A DNA stretch of 64,000 nucleotides from Calditrichia bacterium. GTDB lineage: Bacteria; Calditrichota; Calditrichia; JAJRVZ01. How positions within the stretch are numbered: position 1 is the stretch's first letter; every line of letters begins with the position of its first letter. Location: the NCBI GenBank assembly GCA_963796965.1, contig CAWCNS010000011.1, positions 512,001-576,000 of the forward strand, in the 5' to 3' direction. Shown here one piece after another: positions 21,488-32,737 of the stretch. The position numbers were made by a program, and so were the translations under genes. Under the pieces are notes generated by a model. The model was not told where the DNA came from. It did no database searches and saw only the letters and a list, made by a program, of their open reading frames with translations.

Positions 21488-22788
21488 TGATCCAACCCAA
21501 CTTTGCAAAACAACAAAAATCACTTTATTGGATATTCGGTATCGGTTTGTTGATACTCTTACTTGCCAATGCGCTTGGTTGGATATATCTTCAACGAATT
21601 AAGTCATTTTTTGTATCGGACCTTAGATTTCGTCTCGAGAATATTTCCAGCGTTTCCGCCAGACTAATTGATGCCAATGATCTGGCCTATATAATCCCAG
21701 AAAACAATACATCTCCGGAATATATTTTTTATCAGAACCTGCTTTTTGAACTGAAGGAGACTAATAATCTTCAGGATGTATACGTCATATCTCCGGCATT
21801 AGAAACACTTATCGATTTAGCGCCTGAAATAACCGGTATTGCAAGTCACCGACTGCCTGATAAATCCCTTGTTGAGATTGCATTAAGTGGACGAACAATT
21901 GTCGGCGATATGCAAACACTTGGTGATCATAAGTTCTTGACGGCAGTCACACCTCTGATTGATATTGATAATGTTATCATGGGCATCTTAGTTATAGAAG
22001 CGCCAGCAGAATTCTTTGATATGCTTGATCAGTTCGACAGGGGTTTGTTAATATTCAGTTTTTTGAATGCTTTTCTTATTTTAACTGTAGCGCTGTATTT
22101 AATACGTTCTATTAGAAAAATACTTCATCTGCAAAATCTGATAAAAAATCAGGAGCATCTCGTCGCCCTGGGAGAAATGGCCGCAACTGTTGCCCATGAA
22201 ATCAGAAATCCCCTGGGGATCATTAAGGGCACAAACTCATTGATACAAAAAAAATATGGCCAGACATCGGATGAAGTTTTCTCATATATACCGGCGGAAT
22301 TAGAACGATTAAATAATCTGATCGAAAATTTTCTCACATTTGCCAGAAACCACTCATTTAATACTAAGCCTGTGGATATTGCAGATTTAATAAAGCAAAT
22401 AAAAGTCGGTTTTTCTGAATACGATAATATTGAAATTATCACCGAGCTACCAGAGAACCTTCCAAATATTAACAGTGATAAGAATGCTTTAGAACAGATC
22501 CTGTTAAATATTATTAACAATAGTATTCAGGCCATGCAAAAGGGTAAAATTATCATTCGTTGTGAGTTTGGCAAGCATACATTCTCAATTCATATCATTG
22601 ATGATGGCCCGGGGATACCTTCAAAAATTATTGACCGGGTTTTTGATCCTTTTTTTACAACCAGAGACCAAGGCAGTGGATTGGGGCTTGCTATTTCCCA
22701 GAAACTGGTTCAGCAGTTAAATGGCACAATGACAGTTCAATCAGGTTCAGACAAAGGCACAACGGTCACAATAATCTTCAAACAATAG
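21484..22788 (+). CDS. Membrane sensor histidine kinase
   Basis: Two TM helices, AHEIRNPL, NIINNS, DDGPGI, FDPFFTTR, GSGLGL. Confidence 0.92.
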   Translation: MMIQPNFAKQQKSLYWIFGIGLLILLLANALGWIYLQRIKSFFVSDLRFRLENISSVSARLIDANDLAYIIPENNTSPEYIFYQNLLFELKETNNLQDVYVISPALETLIDLAPEITGIASHRLPDKSLVEIALSGRTIVGDMQTLGDHKFLTAVTPLIDIDNVIMGILVIEAPAEFFDMLDQFDRGLLIFSFLNAFLILTVALYLIRSIRKILHLQNLIKNQEHLVALGEMAATVAHEIRNPLGIIKGTNSLIQKKYGQTSDEVFSYIPAELERLNNLIENFLTFARNHSFNTKPVDIADLIKQIKVGFSEYDNIEIITELPENLPNINSDKNALEQILLNIINNSIQAMQKGKIIIRCEFGKHTFSIHIIDDGPGIPSKIIDRVFDPFFTTRDQGSGLGLAISQKLVQQLNGTMTVQSGSDKGTTVTIIFKQ

Positions 22789-22796
22789 TTAACCCA

Positions 22797-24437
22797 ATGA
22801 ATATGAATGAAATTCTTTCTGATAGTGATACAACGCTTATCCTAACCTTACTCTTCCCAGTATTATACGCGGAAACACATTACCGTTTTAAGTACTTCTT
22901 TAGTTATCTAAAAAAAAGAGAGCCGGAAATAATCATTGACATACCTTCAAGGCTGCAAAAAGGCGAATTGCTCCCCATATTACTAATTGTAAAAGATGCA
23001 AATAAATATCCTGTTGAGATTCAAACGCTTACAGTATTTGAGAATGAACAACCACTAGAAAGTTTCCAAATACAGAAACATATCGAGCAGGCATATTTCG
23101 ATACGATAAATAAAATGAGTACATCAAGACTTGAAACGGGTAATCATAACTTTTCTATAGAAGTGCGTTATAGGATCGGGAAAAAGACAAAAAGATGTAT
23201 ATCTGATAATCATCGCGGAACAAGCCACAATCCTTTGCGGATTTATATTTCGGAGGATCCACTGCCCCGCCTGGGAGATTGTCTCTATGGAGAGACCCAT
23301 TGCCATTCTAATTACACCTCTGACCAGGTAGAATTCGGAGCCTCTTTGTCTGCTACTGCTATAATGGCCGAATATCTGGGATTGGATTTTTTCTGCGCCG
23401 CTGATCATTCCTATGATATGGATGATTATGAAGACAACTACCTTTTGAATGATCCGGATCTGAAAAAATGGAAGAAGTTCAAAGCGGAGGTTCAAAGAAT
23501 AAACAAAGCGAAGAATAAGGTGCTCATTATCCCTGGTGAAGAGGTAACAGTCCGCAATACACGTCGACAGAATGTACATTTACTGGTGTATAATTCAGAG
23601 GAGTTCTATCCCGGGAGTGGGGATAGTGGTGAAAAATGGTTTAAGACTTACTCTGAATCGTCCATAGAAGATATCATCAAATTGAAAAGGCAACATGTTT
23701 TCTATTTTGCCGCTCACCCGGCAGAATCCCCACCGTTTTTGCAGAAGATTTTTATTAATCGCGGCGAATGGCGAAATGATGATTGCCGTATACCTGGCCT
23801 AAACGGTCTTCAATTCATTAATGGAGGTGAAGACATATACAAATTGAAAGGCCGAGATTTATGGATTAGGCAATTATTATCGGGGTATAAACTCATAGGA
23901 TTAGCGGGAAATGATGCCCATGGCAATTTTTCAAAATTTAGACAGGTAGGGTTTCCTTTTTTTACCATGCGTGAACATCATTTACATCTTTTTGGGGTAT
24001 GGCGAACCGGGGTTTATTGTGATGGAAAAGAGATAACAGTAGATAACGTATTGGGCCAATTAGGAAATGGTAACTGTTATCTCACAAATGGACCTGCCCT
24101 ACAGATGAGGGTTCAATCAGCAAATGTCTGGTATCCAATGGGATCATCCTGCAACGCACCATCAAAACTCAGGTTAGAATCATTGTCAACTGGAGAGTAC
24201 TCCCCATTAGAAAATATCCAAATCATTGTTGGTGACGTTACCCGTGGTGAAGAGAAGATACTTTTTAAAAAAGAATTTGAAAAGGAAATTTTTCAAAATT
24301 CATTCGAGTTTACTTTCACAGATCTTCCTGTGAATGGCTATATAAGGTCTGAAATAAAAACGCAAGAAGGATTTTTAGCGTTATCAAATCCGATTTGGAT
24401 TGACAAATCCGACTTAATCGCACCAGGTACACATTAA
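22797..24437 (+). CDS. PHP-fold metallohydrolase (CehA/McbA-like)
   Basis: ETHCHSNYTSD, ADHSYD, IPGEEV, HLL, AHP, GNDAHG, GP and SNPIW motifs. Confidence 0.75.
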   Translation: MNMNEILSDSDTTLILTLLFPVLYAETHYRFKYFFSYLKKREPEIIIDIPSRLQKGELLPILLIVKDANKYPVEIQTLTVFENEQPLESFQIQKHIEQAYFDTINKMSTSRLETGNHNFSIEVRYRIGKKTKRCISDNHRGTSHNPLRIYISEDPLPRLGDCLYGETHCHSNYTSDQVEFGASLSATAIMAEYLGLDFFCAADHSYDMDDYEDNYLLNDPDLKKWKKFKAEVQRINKAKNKVLIIPGEEVTVRNTRRQNVHLLVYNSEEFYPGSGDSGEKWFKTYSESSIEDIIKLKRQHVFYFAAHPAESPPFLQKIFINRGEWRNDDCRIPGLNGLQFINGGEDIYKLKGRDLWIRQLLSGYKLIGLAGNDAHGNFSKFRQVGFPFFTMREHHLHLFGVWRTGVYCDGKEITVDNVLGQLGNGNCYLTNGPALQMRVQSANVWYPMGSSCNAPSKLRLESLSTGEYSPLENIQIIVGDVTRGEEKILFKKEFEKEIFQNSFEFTFTDLPVNGYIRSEIKTQEGFLALSNPIWIDKSDLIAPGTH

Positions 24438-24478
24438 TTGATTAAGTAATTGCAGTAACATAGAAATAGGAATAAATC

Positions 24479-25638
<1,160 letters not shown>

Positions 25639-25642
25639 GAGA

Positions 25643-28401
25643 TTACTTCACCAACAACATCTTCTTTGAAAGAACTCCTTCATTGGTCTTCAGCCTGTAG
25701 AAGTAAATACCTGTTGGCACCTGGTTGCCGTTTCTGTTTTTACCATCCCATACAATTTCATGGGATCCCGCTATTTTAACTTCATCACTTAGAATGAGCA
25801 ACCTCCCTGCCCAGCACATCAAATATACTCAAATTGACAGGTCCCTGGCGGGTGAGATCAAAACGAATGGTTGTGGTAGGATTAAAGGGATTGGGATAAT
25901 TTTGATCAAGGCTAAAGGTTCGTGCAATTTTCCCAGGTGTTTCATCAATTGCATTGACATATTCAATCCTGATATTTTCAGATTTCAACTGAAGATTATA
26001 GGCGCTGCTAAAAACCTCTCCGAGTTTTCGCCACTGGTCAAAGAGAAATATTTCTGAATAATTTTCAGCATATTCAGTTTGACCATTATCAAATTTTATT
26101 TTAATACTGTCTCCCCCGATCAGAAAGCATAAGTACAATGTGATAGTTCTCACCACTCTGAACCGTTGCATTTGCGTCCAATAAATTGATATAATTATCT
26201 GTGCCCGGGTCTAGCAGGTCAAGTGAATGCGCAATGGTGGATCCATACTGATTGCCTGGAAACCCATTATCATCCTGATGGATGGATACGAGTAAATTTC
26301 CATCTCCCTTAATGATGGGATTAACATCCGGATGGTTGATAAGCGTCAAAAGGTACGCACCTGATATCTTTCCCGAGAACGGGGCAGTATAACGGATAGC
26401 AAACCTTTCCATACCTGTGAATGCATAATAGGGGCCTTCAGGTGTAGATACATAGCTGACAATTTCTCTGGTAAGAACTGAGTCTTGCGTTTGCTGTTTT
26501 GCAACGGCCTGCAAGATATCCATCTTCCCGTAACCCCAGGTATTATTGGGCGTAGATTGTGTATTATCATCCGATCTTGCGGTATTTCCCAACAACGATT
26601 TAATTTCATCCACCGTAAGAGATGGGTTATTTGATAATAATAAGGCAGAGGCTCCTGTCACATGCGGTGCGGACATTGAGGTACCCTGCGACAAAAAGTG
26701 GATATTGTCAGGATTAATCCAAACATCGCCTTCACTCTCTTCCAATTGGTTGGAAAGAGCCGCAACAATTCCTTTACCCGGTGCAGTGATTTCGGGCTTC
26801 ATACGTCCATCTCGTGTCGGACCCTGACTACTAAACACAGCAATGTCACCAGGCTCATCACCATCTGTATAGGAGTATTGACCACCGTTAACCGATGGCC
26901 AGGTAACCTTGGTTACATAGGCACCAACTGTGATTGCCTTATTTGCCGTGCCAGGCATTGCCACAGATTTGTCATTATCTCCATTTTGAAGTAAAACCCG
27001 GGAGGCTGGCTCTCCAATCAAATTATCTGATAACCAGCCGTCATAGCTGATAGAGGTACTTACTCCTATTAATTCAAGCGTCCAAACCCCTTCTGCCGGG
27101 GTATTTCCCAATAATGCATCATATACCTCCAGTCCAATTGTCCGCTTGTTCCCCGATATAGTCAAATTTTCCAAATAAATCTTTCCATCACTGTCATCAG
27201 CTGCTGTTCCGGCAGAACTCGTGCGTTCATATACAACCCCATTCGGTGAGGTTACCTTTGCTGTCACTGTGGCGCTCCCATCGTACCATACATTAAATGA
27301 GAAATCATCATTGCTGGATCCTGATTCAGGTGTATAGGAAGGAACCGTAATCTGAAAAGTCCCATTTCCACCACTTGCAATACTCCCGGAAATATGCATC
27401 TCATCAGCGCCATCATTACCAGCAGATACAACCACCACCCGTCCCGGTTTATTACTAAAATTATCTATCGCTTCTTCGTAGGATCGGGTACCATCATGAG
27501 GGCCATCCTGACCACCCAAACTGAGATTGACAATGATTGGTTTGCCAAGGGTGGTTGCCTTTTGCTCGGCATAGGTTAAAGCATCGATAATATTATCCTC
27601 AGAGAAACTGCCGTTACCACCTTTGACGACAATAATATCAGCCTCAGGAGCCATACCTCCAAATTTTATACCTGATCCCGCAGCGGTTCCTGCCACGTGG
27701 GATCCATGCCCATTTGAATCCTCTTCACGAACAAATCCCGAAGGTGAACCATCAATCTCATCATCAATATCAGACTTTGTATATTCCACGCCATAATTAA
27801 ATCCCGAAGGCCGCGATTCTCCGGCCTCAAGACCCAAAAGTGTTTGATCCCATATATATAGAATTCTGCTCTTGGTTGGATCCTCAGGATCTTTAAAATC
27901 AATATGATTCCAATCGATACCCGAATCAAATATCAGAACGAGTACATCCTTGCCTTTATACTTAGTATTATTAAGAGCCCCGTTGTGCAATAGGGCGGTC
28001 CCATTCTGGGGCAAACTGACATTCGTTGCCGGGTAAGAGATAGTTGGCGCATCGATATACGCGACTTCATTTATGTTTGATAACCGCTTCAGTTCATCAA
28101 TTGAAACTTTTGCCGTTACAAATTCAGGATAAACAGAATTGTATGGGATTTCAGCTTCATCCAAAATATGACTATTAGTAGTTCTTATCAAAACACCAAT
28201 CTTTGCTATTTCCGGATTTGAAGAAATAGGATCCCCATTTAGTTTCAGTAGTATGTGAGATGGGTCGCTCTCTGTTACAAGTGATACCAATCTTGGATGT
28301 ATCTTAGTCAAATCTGCATCAGCGCTAAAAACTGTGCCATTTATTAAAATCGTAAAAAGTATTGAGACCAGAATCATTTGCGATTTAAAAATACGCCCCA
28401 T
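25643..28401 (-). CDS. Secreted S8 subtilase with inserted beta-sandwich and T9SS/FlgD-type C-terminal domain; frameshifts near 26110 and 25795
   Basis: Triad FDSGID / [11 protein letters not shown] / GTSMSAPHV, oxyanion SAGN; C-terminal [17 protein letters not shown]...WDGKN..G.YFYRL..KKMLLVK*; GGAGG RBS before ATG 28401. Confidence 0.9.
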
Positions 28402-28416
28402 TATAACAGCCTCCAT

Positions 28417-28779
28417 TTAATGTATAGAATTCTTGGTACTATGGTTGATGAATATAACAGATTTTAAATTTGCAAGCCTTCGAATATCTTCTTTGGTAAG
28501 TTTTGCTGTAATAATATTTCCGGAATGGCTATTAATATGAATCCCTGATTTTTTTATATCCTCAACATCTTCCGTTTTAATAATAACCCCATATAGAACC
28601 GTGCCATCATCTTGTCGGTAAATACTGTATTTACTTTCATTGATATCTTCACCCAAAACCAATTGTTGTAGAAACGGATCTAGTTTCTCCTGTTCTACCT
28701 GGTTTAAAGTTTGATTATGGCCACAGTTCTGCAAGACTACCATAAGCGAGAGCATTATTATAATTAATTGTTTTTTCAT
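28417..28779 (-). CDS. Lipoprotein homologous to the propeptide of the adjacent S8 protease (candidate inhibitor/chaperone)
   Basis: Lipobox LQNC; the mature part aligns end to end with S8 residues ~38-128. Confidence 0.8.
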   Translation of the reverse strand: MKKQLIIIMLSLMVVLQNCGHNQTLNQVEQEKLDPFLQQLVLGEDINESKYSIYRQDDGTVLYGVIIKTEDVEDIKKSGIHINSHSGNIITAKLTKEDIRRLANLKSVIFINHSTKNSIH

Positions 28780-28989
28780 ATTATAGTTTTCTTATTCTAT
28801 CGGATAAACTTATTATTGCAATGATTTTATTCCGTTAATAATATTTTAGATTTCTGAAAAATTATTCTCAATATATTTAGAATGTACTTATATGGAGAAC
28901 TAACGGATGTGTTAATTGTCACAAGAATTGGGACACCCCCATTCACTTCATGAAACAATTTGTCAGACAGACTTTCTGCATATGATGAA

Positions 28990-29031
28990 TAAAAAAAGAG
29001 CCTTTAATCCTCAAAACTTGGATTAAAGGCT
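28990..29031 (-). terminator. Intrinsic terminator downstream of the PilZ gene
   Basis: 12-bp stem AGCCTTTAATCC/GGATTAAAGGCT; T7 tail on the minus strand. Confidence 0.8.
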
Positions 29032-29152
29032 AAAAGATAATTTTTCAAGATTGGAGATAAAAATCTGGCTTTCCTTTTAAACAGGATGAAGATAATTTCA
29101 GGCTAATGGTTATACGGGATATATATTACCACCTTTTCAATGATAATTAAGA

Positions 29153-29497
29153 TTACTCCAGTATTTCAGGGAACTCTTCAGAAATTTTTTTTAGTTGATC
29201 CTCTGAAATTTCTGAGAATTCAATTCCAATATTATATTGATCTTCACTATTTTTATCCACATTTCTTACGATACCTTTGACTTTGATCAGATCTTCTGTT
29301 AAAGCAATGGTTAACTCCACCGTTGATCCCACTTCAAACGCAGTCCGATTTTCAACAGCGACGCCGCTCTGGCTGATATCTTTTGTTTTAGCCATTCCTT
29401 CGTCACACACGCGGTTTTCAGAATCAAATACACGGTATGATATAAACTGATCTGAATCCAATCGCGGAGACTTGCGGTCCTGATTTGACATACTCAT
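29153..29497 (-). CDS. Stand-alone PilZ-domain protein (c-di-GMP receptor)
   Basis: RKSPR (RxxxR) and DISQSG (DxSxxG) motifs; terminal IGIEF. Confidence 0.88.
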   Translation of the reverse strand: MSMSNQDRKSPRLDSDQFISYRVFDSENRVCDEGMAKTKDISQSGVAVENRTAFEVGSTVELTIALTEDLIKVKGIVRNVDKNSEDQYNIGIEFSEISEDQLKKISEEFPEILE

Positions 29498-29757
29498 TCC
29501 TCCCTTGATGCCTCTGATTTTGACAATAATTCTTCAATCGACTGGGGTAATTCAATGTCGGTGAGATTCATCTTCTCAAGTTCACCCAATATGAGGGCGA
29601 TATGGTGTTCTTCCTTATCGGCTCTATTGAGATAAATGAAATTTTGATCTCTGTAACGACACAGACCTCCTCTAAAATACCCTTTTCTATATTTTAATTC
29701 AATAGATAGACTATTAAGTAATGTTTCAAGTTCTTTTAGTATTTGATCTTTTTCCAT
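29494..29757 (-). CDS. Small hypothetical protein
   Basis: 87-aa ORF with GGLCR..IYLN; 4-nt overlap with the PilZ gene. Confidence 0.75.
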   Translation of the reverse strand: MEKDQILKELETLLNSLSIELKYRKGYFRGGLCRYRDQNFIYLNRADKEEHHIALILGELEKMNLTDIELPQSIEELLSKSEASREE

Positions 29758-29813
29758 ACGACCTGATAAAATATATGATTATAATATATTTCGCACAAGA
29801 ATTCTATAATATT

Positions 29814-30890
29814 TTACAGATATGAATTCATTTTTTTTCTATTCAAATAATCAACAATATGTTTCACATCCTGAGATCGGTTTTTTTTGCAGATAAGGAT
29901 GGCATCATCCATATCCACAACAATCAGATCTTCCACATCAATTGCAGCGATAATCTTCTTAGGGGCATGAAAAAAATTATTTTTTGCATCTATCAATATG
30001 TTTTTCTTTGAGATACAAACATTTGCTTCTTTATCCTGCTGGGAAATATTATAAACCGCCTCCCATGATCCCAGGTCATTCCAGTCAAATGTTGATTTAA
30101 TTACAACAACATTTTGCGCTGCTTCCATAATACCATAATCAATCGATATCGACTTCGTACGTGCGTAAACCTTTGCAAGAATTTTGTTGAATCCCGGACG
30201 CCCAACATGATTATTTATTAGGGTTAAATCTTCATATAATTCCGGGAGATGCTCTTCAAATTCTCTCAGAAGCGTCCTTACTGACCAAATAAACATGCCG
30301 CTATTCCACAAGAAATCACCACTCTTAATAAATCTCTCGGCCGTTTCAAGATTAGGTTTTTCTGCAAAGGTTCTCACATTAAAGAGGTCTTTTCCTTTTG
30401 CAGAATATATTTTTTTGTCCACTTGGATATAGCCATACCCCGTCTCCGGGAAGGTTGGCAATATTCCAAGAGTAACTAAAGCATCATGGTCACGCGCATA
30501 TTCGATGCCAACGCGGAGCGTTTTACGAAAATCAGTGAGATTGGAGACAAGATGATCTGCTGGTAGTACTACCATTATTTCATTCTTATCAGAACGATTT
30601 TTAATCAGGCTTGCAGCAAGGCCTATGCAGGGTGCTGTATTCTTACCCTCTGGTTCACCAATAATATTTTCTTTCGGTATTGCTGGCAGTTGTTTTTCAA
30701 CTTCTCTGCATAGATCTTTATTTGTAATAACTATAATTTTGGCATCTTCAGTCAGCGATTTCACCCGGTCGTATGTTTGCTGAAGCATCGTTTTCTTACC
30801 GGTAAAACTGAGCAATTGTTTTGGGAAGGCTTTTCGACTCATTGGCCAAAATCGTGTTCCCATTCCTCCTGCCATCAGAACAGCATACAT
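29814..30890 (-). CDS. manC: Mannose-1-phosphate guanylyltransferase
   Basis: LMAGGMGTRFWPMSR..PKQ, EPEGKNTAP, PADH, ETGYGYI, FAEKP, WNSGMF, SIDYGIME, WNDLGSW. Confidence 0.93.
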   Translation of the reverse strand: MYAVLMAGGMGTRFWPMSRKAFPKQLLSFTGKKTMLQQTYDRVKSLTEDAKIIVITNKDLCREVEKQLPAIPKENIIGEPEGKNTAPCIGLAASLIKNRSDKNEIMVVLPADHLVSNLTDFRKTLRVGIEYARDHDALVTLGILPTFPETGYGYIQVDKKIYSAKGKDLFNVRTFAEKPNLETAERFIKSGDFLWNSGMFIWSVRTLLREFEEHLPELYEDLTLINNHVGRPGFNKILAKVYARTKSISIDYGIMEAAQNVVVIKSTFDWNDLGSWEAVYNISQQDKEANVCISKKNILIDAKNNFFHAPKKIIAAIDVEDLIVVDMDDAILICKKNRSQDVKHIVDYLNRKKMNSYL

Positions 30891-30944
30891 ACACTATCAT
30901 CCTTTTATCTGAGACCAAATGTTAAAGCATTTTATTCTAATTAT

Positions 30945-31910
30945 CTAGTTGCTTGATGATGGATCTTTTTGAATTTTCACAAGACTGTCTTTTGCATATT
31001 GATCGGCCGGATTTATATCCAAAACTGTTTGGAAAACTCTCTGAGCATTCTTGTTTTCACCCATTAACATATATGTCTCACCCAGGCTATTCAAAGCGAT
31101 TACGTATCTTTTCTTTAATGAAATTGCCCTTAGAAAGAGTTTTACTGCATCTTGATACCTACCGGCTACTTTGTAGACATAGCCCATATTATTTATTGCC
31201 TCAGCATAGTCTTTTTTGAGTATGAGAGCCTTATTCAGATGCTCATATGTCGCATCAAGACTATCTGCATAATAATAAGCTACTGCCAGATTGTTATGAA
31301 CCTCTGGATTATTGGCATCCATTAGCAATATTTTTTCGTAGAACTCAATTTGCTTGTCATAATCATCCAGTTTAGCTGCCTGCTCTGTCAATTCAAAAAC
31401 TTCTCTCTGCAACTCACCGCTCATTATCTTTTTTGTGGTTTCATAATTTAATTTAGCAGCGGTATATTCCGGATTGATATCTAAAGCCTTTTTAAACGCC
31501 TTCTGGGCCTTACCATACTTTTTTTGAAGAAAAAGATCATACCCTAAATTATTATAGGCCTCATAGTAATTGGTATCCAACTCGGTAGCTATTACAAAAT
31601 GCTTTGAAGCATCCTCATATTGATTAAGATTATAATAGGCTATACCAATAAAATTATGTACCTCCGCATCACCTGGAATAAGTTCAAGAGCTTTTTGCCA
31701 GGAAGATACAGCTTTCCGGTAATCACCTTTTTGATAATATTCTACACCCTCAGTAACATCATTCTCAGCCTTCATCAAGACCTCAGAGCTTATTTCCGGC
31801 TCAATCTCTCGGGGCTCTTCCTTTGGTTCTGGTGGGGGGGTGCTGCTACTAAACCATGCACATGAAGATATAAATATTACCCCGATCACGAAAATCAGTA
31901 CGCGTTTCAT
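30945..31910 (-). CDS. TPR-repeat lipoprotein
   Basis: Lipobox ISSC; multiple TPRs (AYNNLG, VHNNLA, AINNMG, ALNSLG). Confidence 0.88.
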   Translation of the reverse strand: MKRVLIFVIGVIFISSCAWFSSSTPPPEPKEEPREIEPEISSEVLMKAENDVTEGVEYYQKGDYRKAVSSWQKALELIPGDAEVHNFIGIAYYNLNQYEDASKHFVIATELDTNYYEAYNNLGYDLFLQKKYGKAQKAFKKALDINPEYTAAKLNYETTKKIMSGELQREVFELTEQAAKLDDYDKQIEFYEKILLMDANNPEVHNNLAVAYYYADSLDATYEHLNKALILKKDYAEAINNMGYVYKVAGRYQDAVKLFLRAISLKKRYVIALNSLGETYMLMGENKNAQRVFQTVLDINPADQYAKDSLVKIQKDPSSSN

Positions 31911-32731
31911 GAAATTTCCTCCTCAATATATGTGCCTCTATAAATTACTTTTACAGGTCCTTCTAAAAAAATAGTACCATGCTTCTCATTTATTGATACA
32001 AACAAATTTCCACCACGAGTGCGAACAGCTATCTTACTATTCTTTTCTCTAAAACTATTCGCCACACTAAGTACACAAGCCGTAACACCACTACCACAGG
32101 AAAGGGTCTCAGCATCCACCCCCCTTTCAAATGTTCTGACGACCAGTTCATCTCTTGTATCGGATCTTTCGACAAAATTAACATTTGTACCTTCAGGCTC
32201 ATAGTAAGTATGAAACCGTAGCGTTTTCCCTAATTGTTCTACAGGTGCATTTGTGACCTCATCGCACAATAATACGACATGAGGAACACCAGTATCAAGA
32301 AAATCTATGAAAGATATGGATTCTGGTAGTTTAAAATCAACAGGAAATTTGCGAGAATCTTTATTTTTGTGATATTTAACTTCCACTTTAACCAGATTCT
32401 GCGCCAATATTTCACCAGAATGTACACCATCACCAGCTTCAAAACTGTGCGTTTTGTCAATAACTTTCAATAAAAAAGCGATGTAACAAATACATCGGCT
32501 ACCATTCACGCACATCTCTGATTCATAACCATCTGAGTTAAAATAACGCATCCGGAAATCAGCACTATCTGAATTTTCGAGCAATAACAATCCATCAGCT
32601 CCGATGCCTGTGTGCCTGGTACAAATTTTTTTCACAAATGTATGGTCGGTTGAAGGAAAGATTTTATTCCGATTATCAACAGCGATAAAATCATTGCCTG
32701 TACCATGAATTTTAAAAAAATCAAATTCCAT
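31907..32731 (-). CDS. dapF: Diaminopimelate epimerase
   Basis: KIHGTGNDF, GIGADG, NSDG..EMCVNGSRC, TGVPH, GTNVNF, RTFERGV..ETLSCGSG. Confidence 0.95.
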   Translation of the reverse strand: MEFDFFKIHGTGNDFIAVDNRNKIFPSTDHTFVKKICTRHTGIGADGLLLLENSDSADFRMRYFNSDGYESEMCVNGSRCICYIAFLLKVIDKTHSFEAGDGVHSGEILAQNLVKVEVKYHKNKDSRKFPVDFKLPESISFIDFLDTGVPHVVLLCDEVTNAPVEQLGKTLRFHTYYEPEGTNVNFVERSDTRDELVVRTFERGVDAETLSCGSGVTACVLSVANSFREKNSKIAVRTRGGNLFVSINEKHGTIFLEGPVKVIYRGTYIEEEIS

Positions 32732-32737
32732 ACAAGA

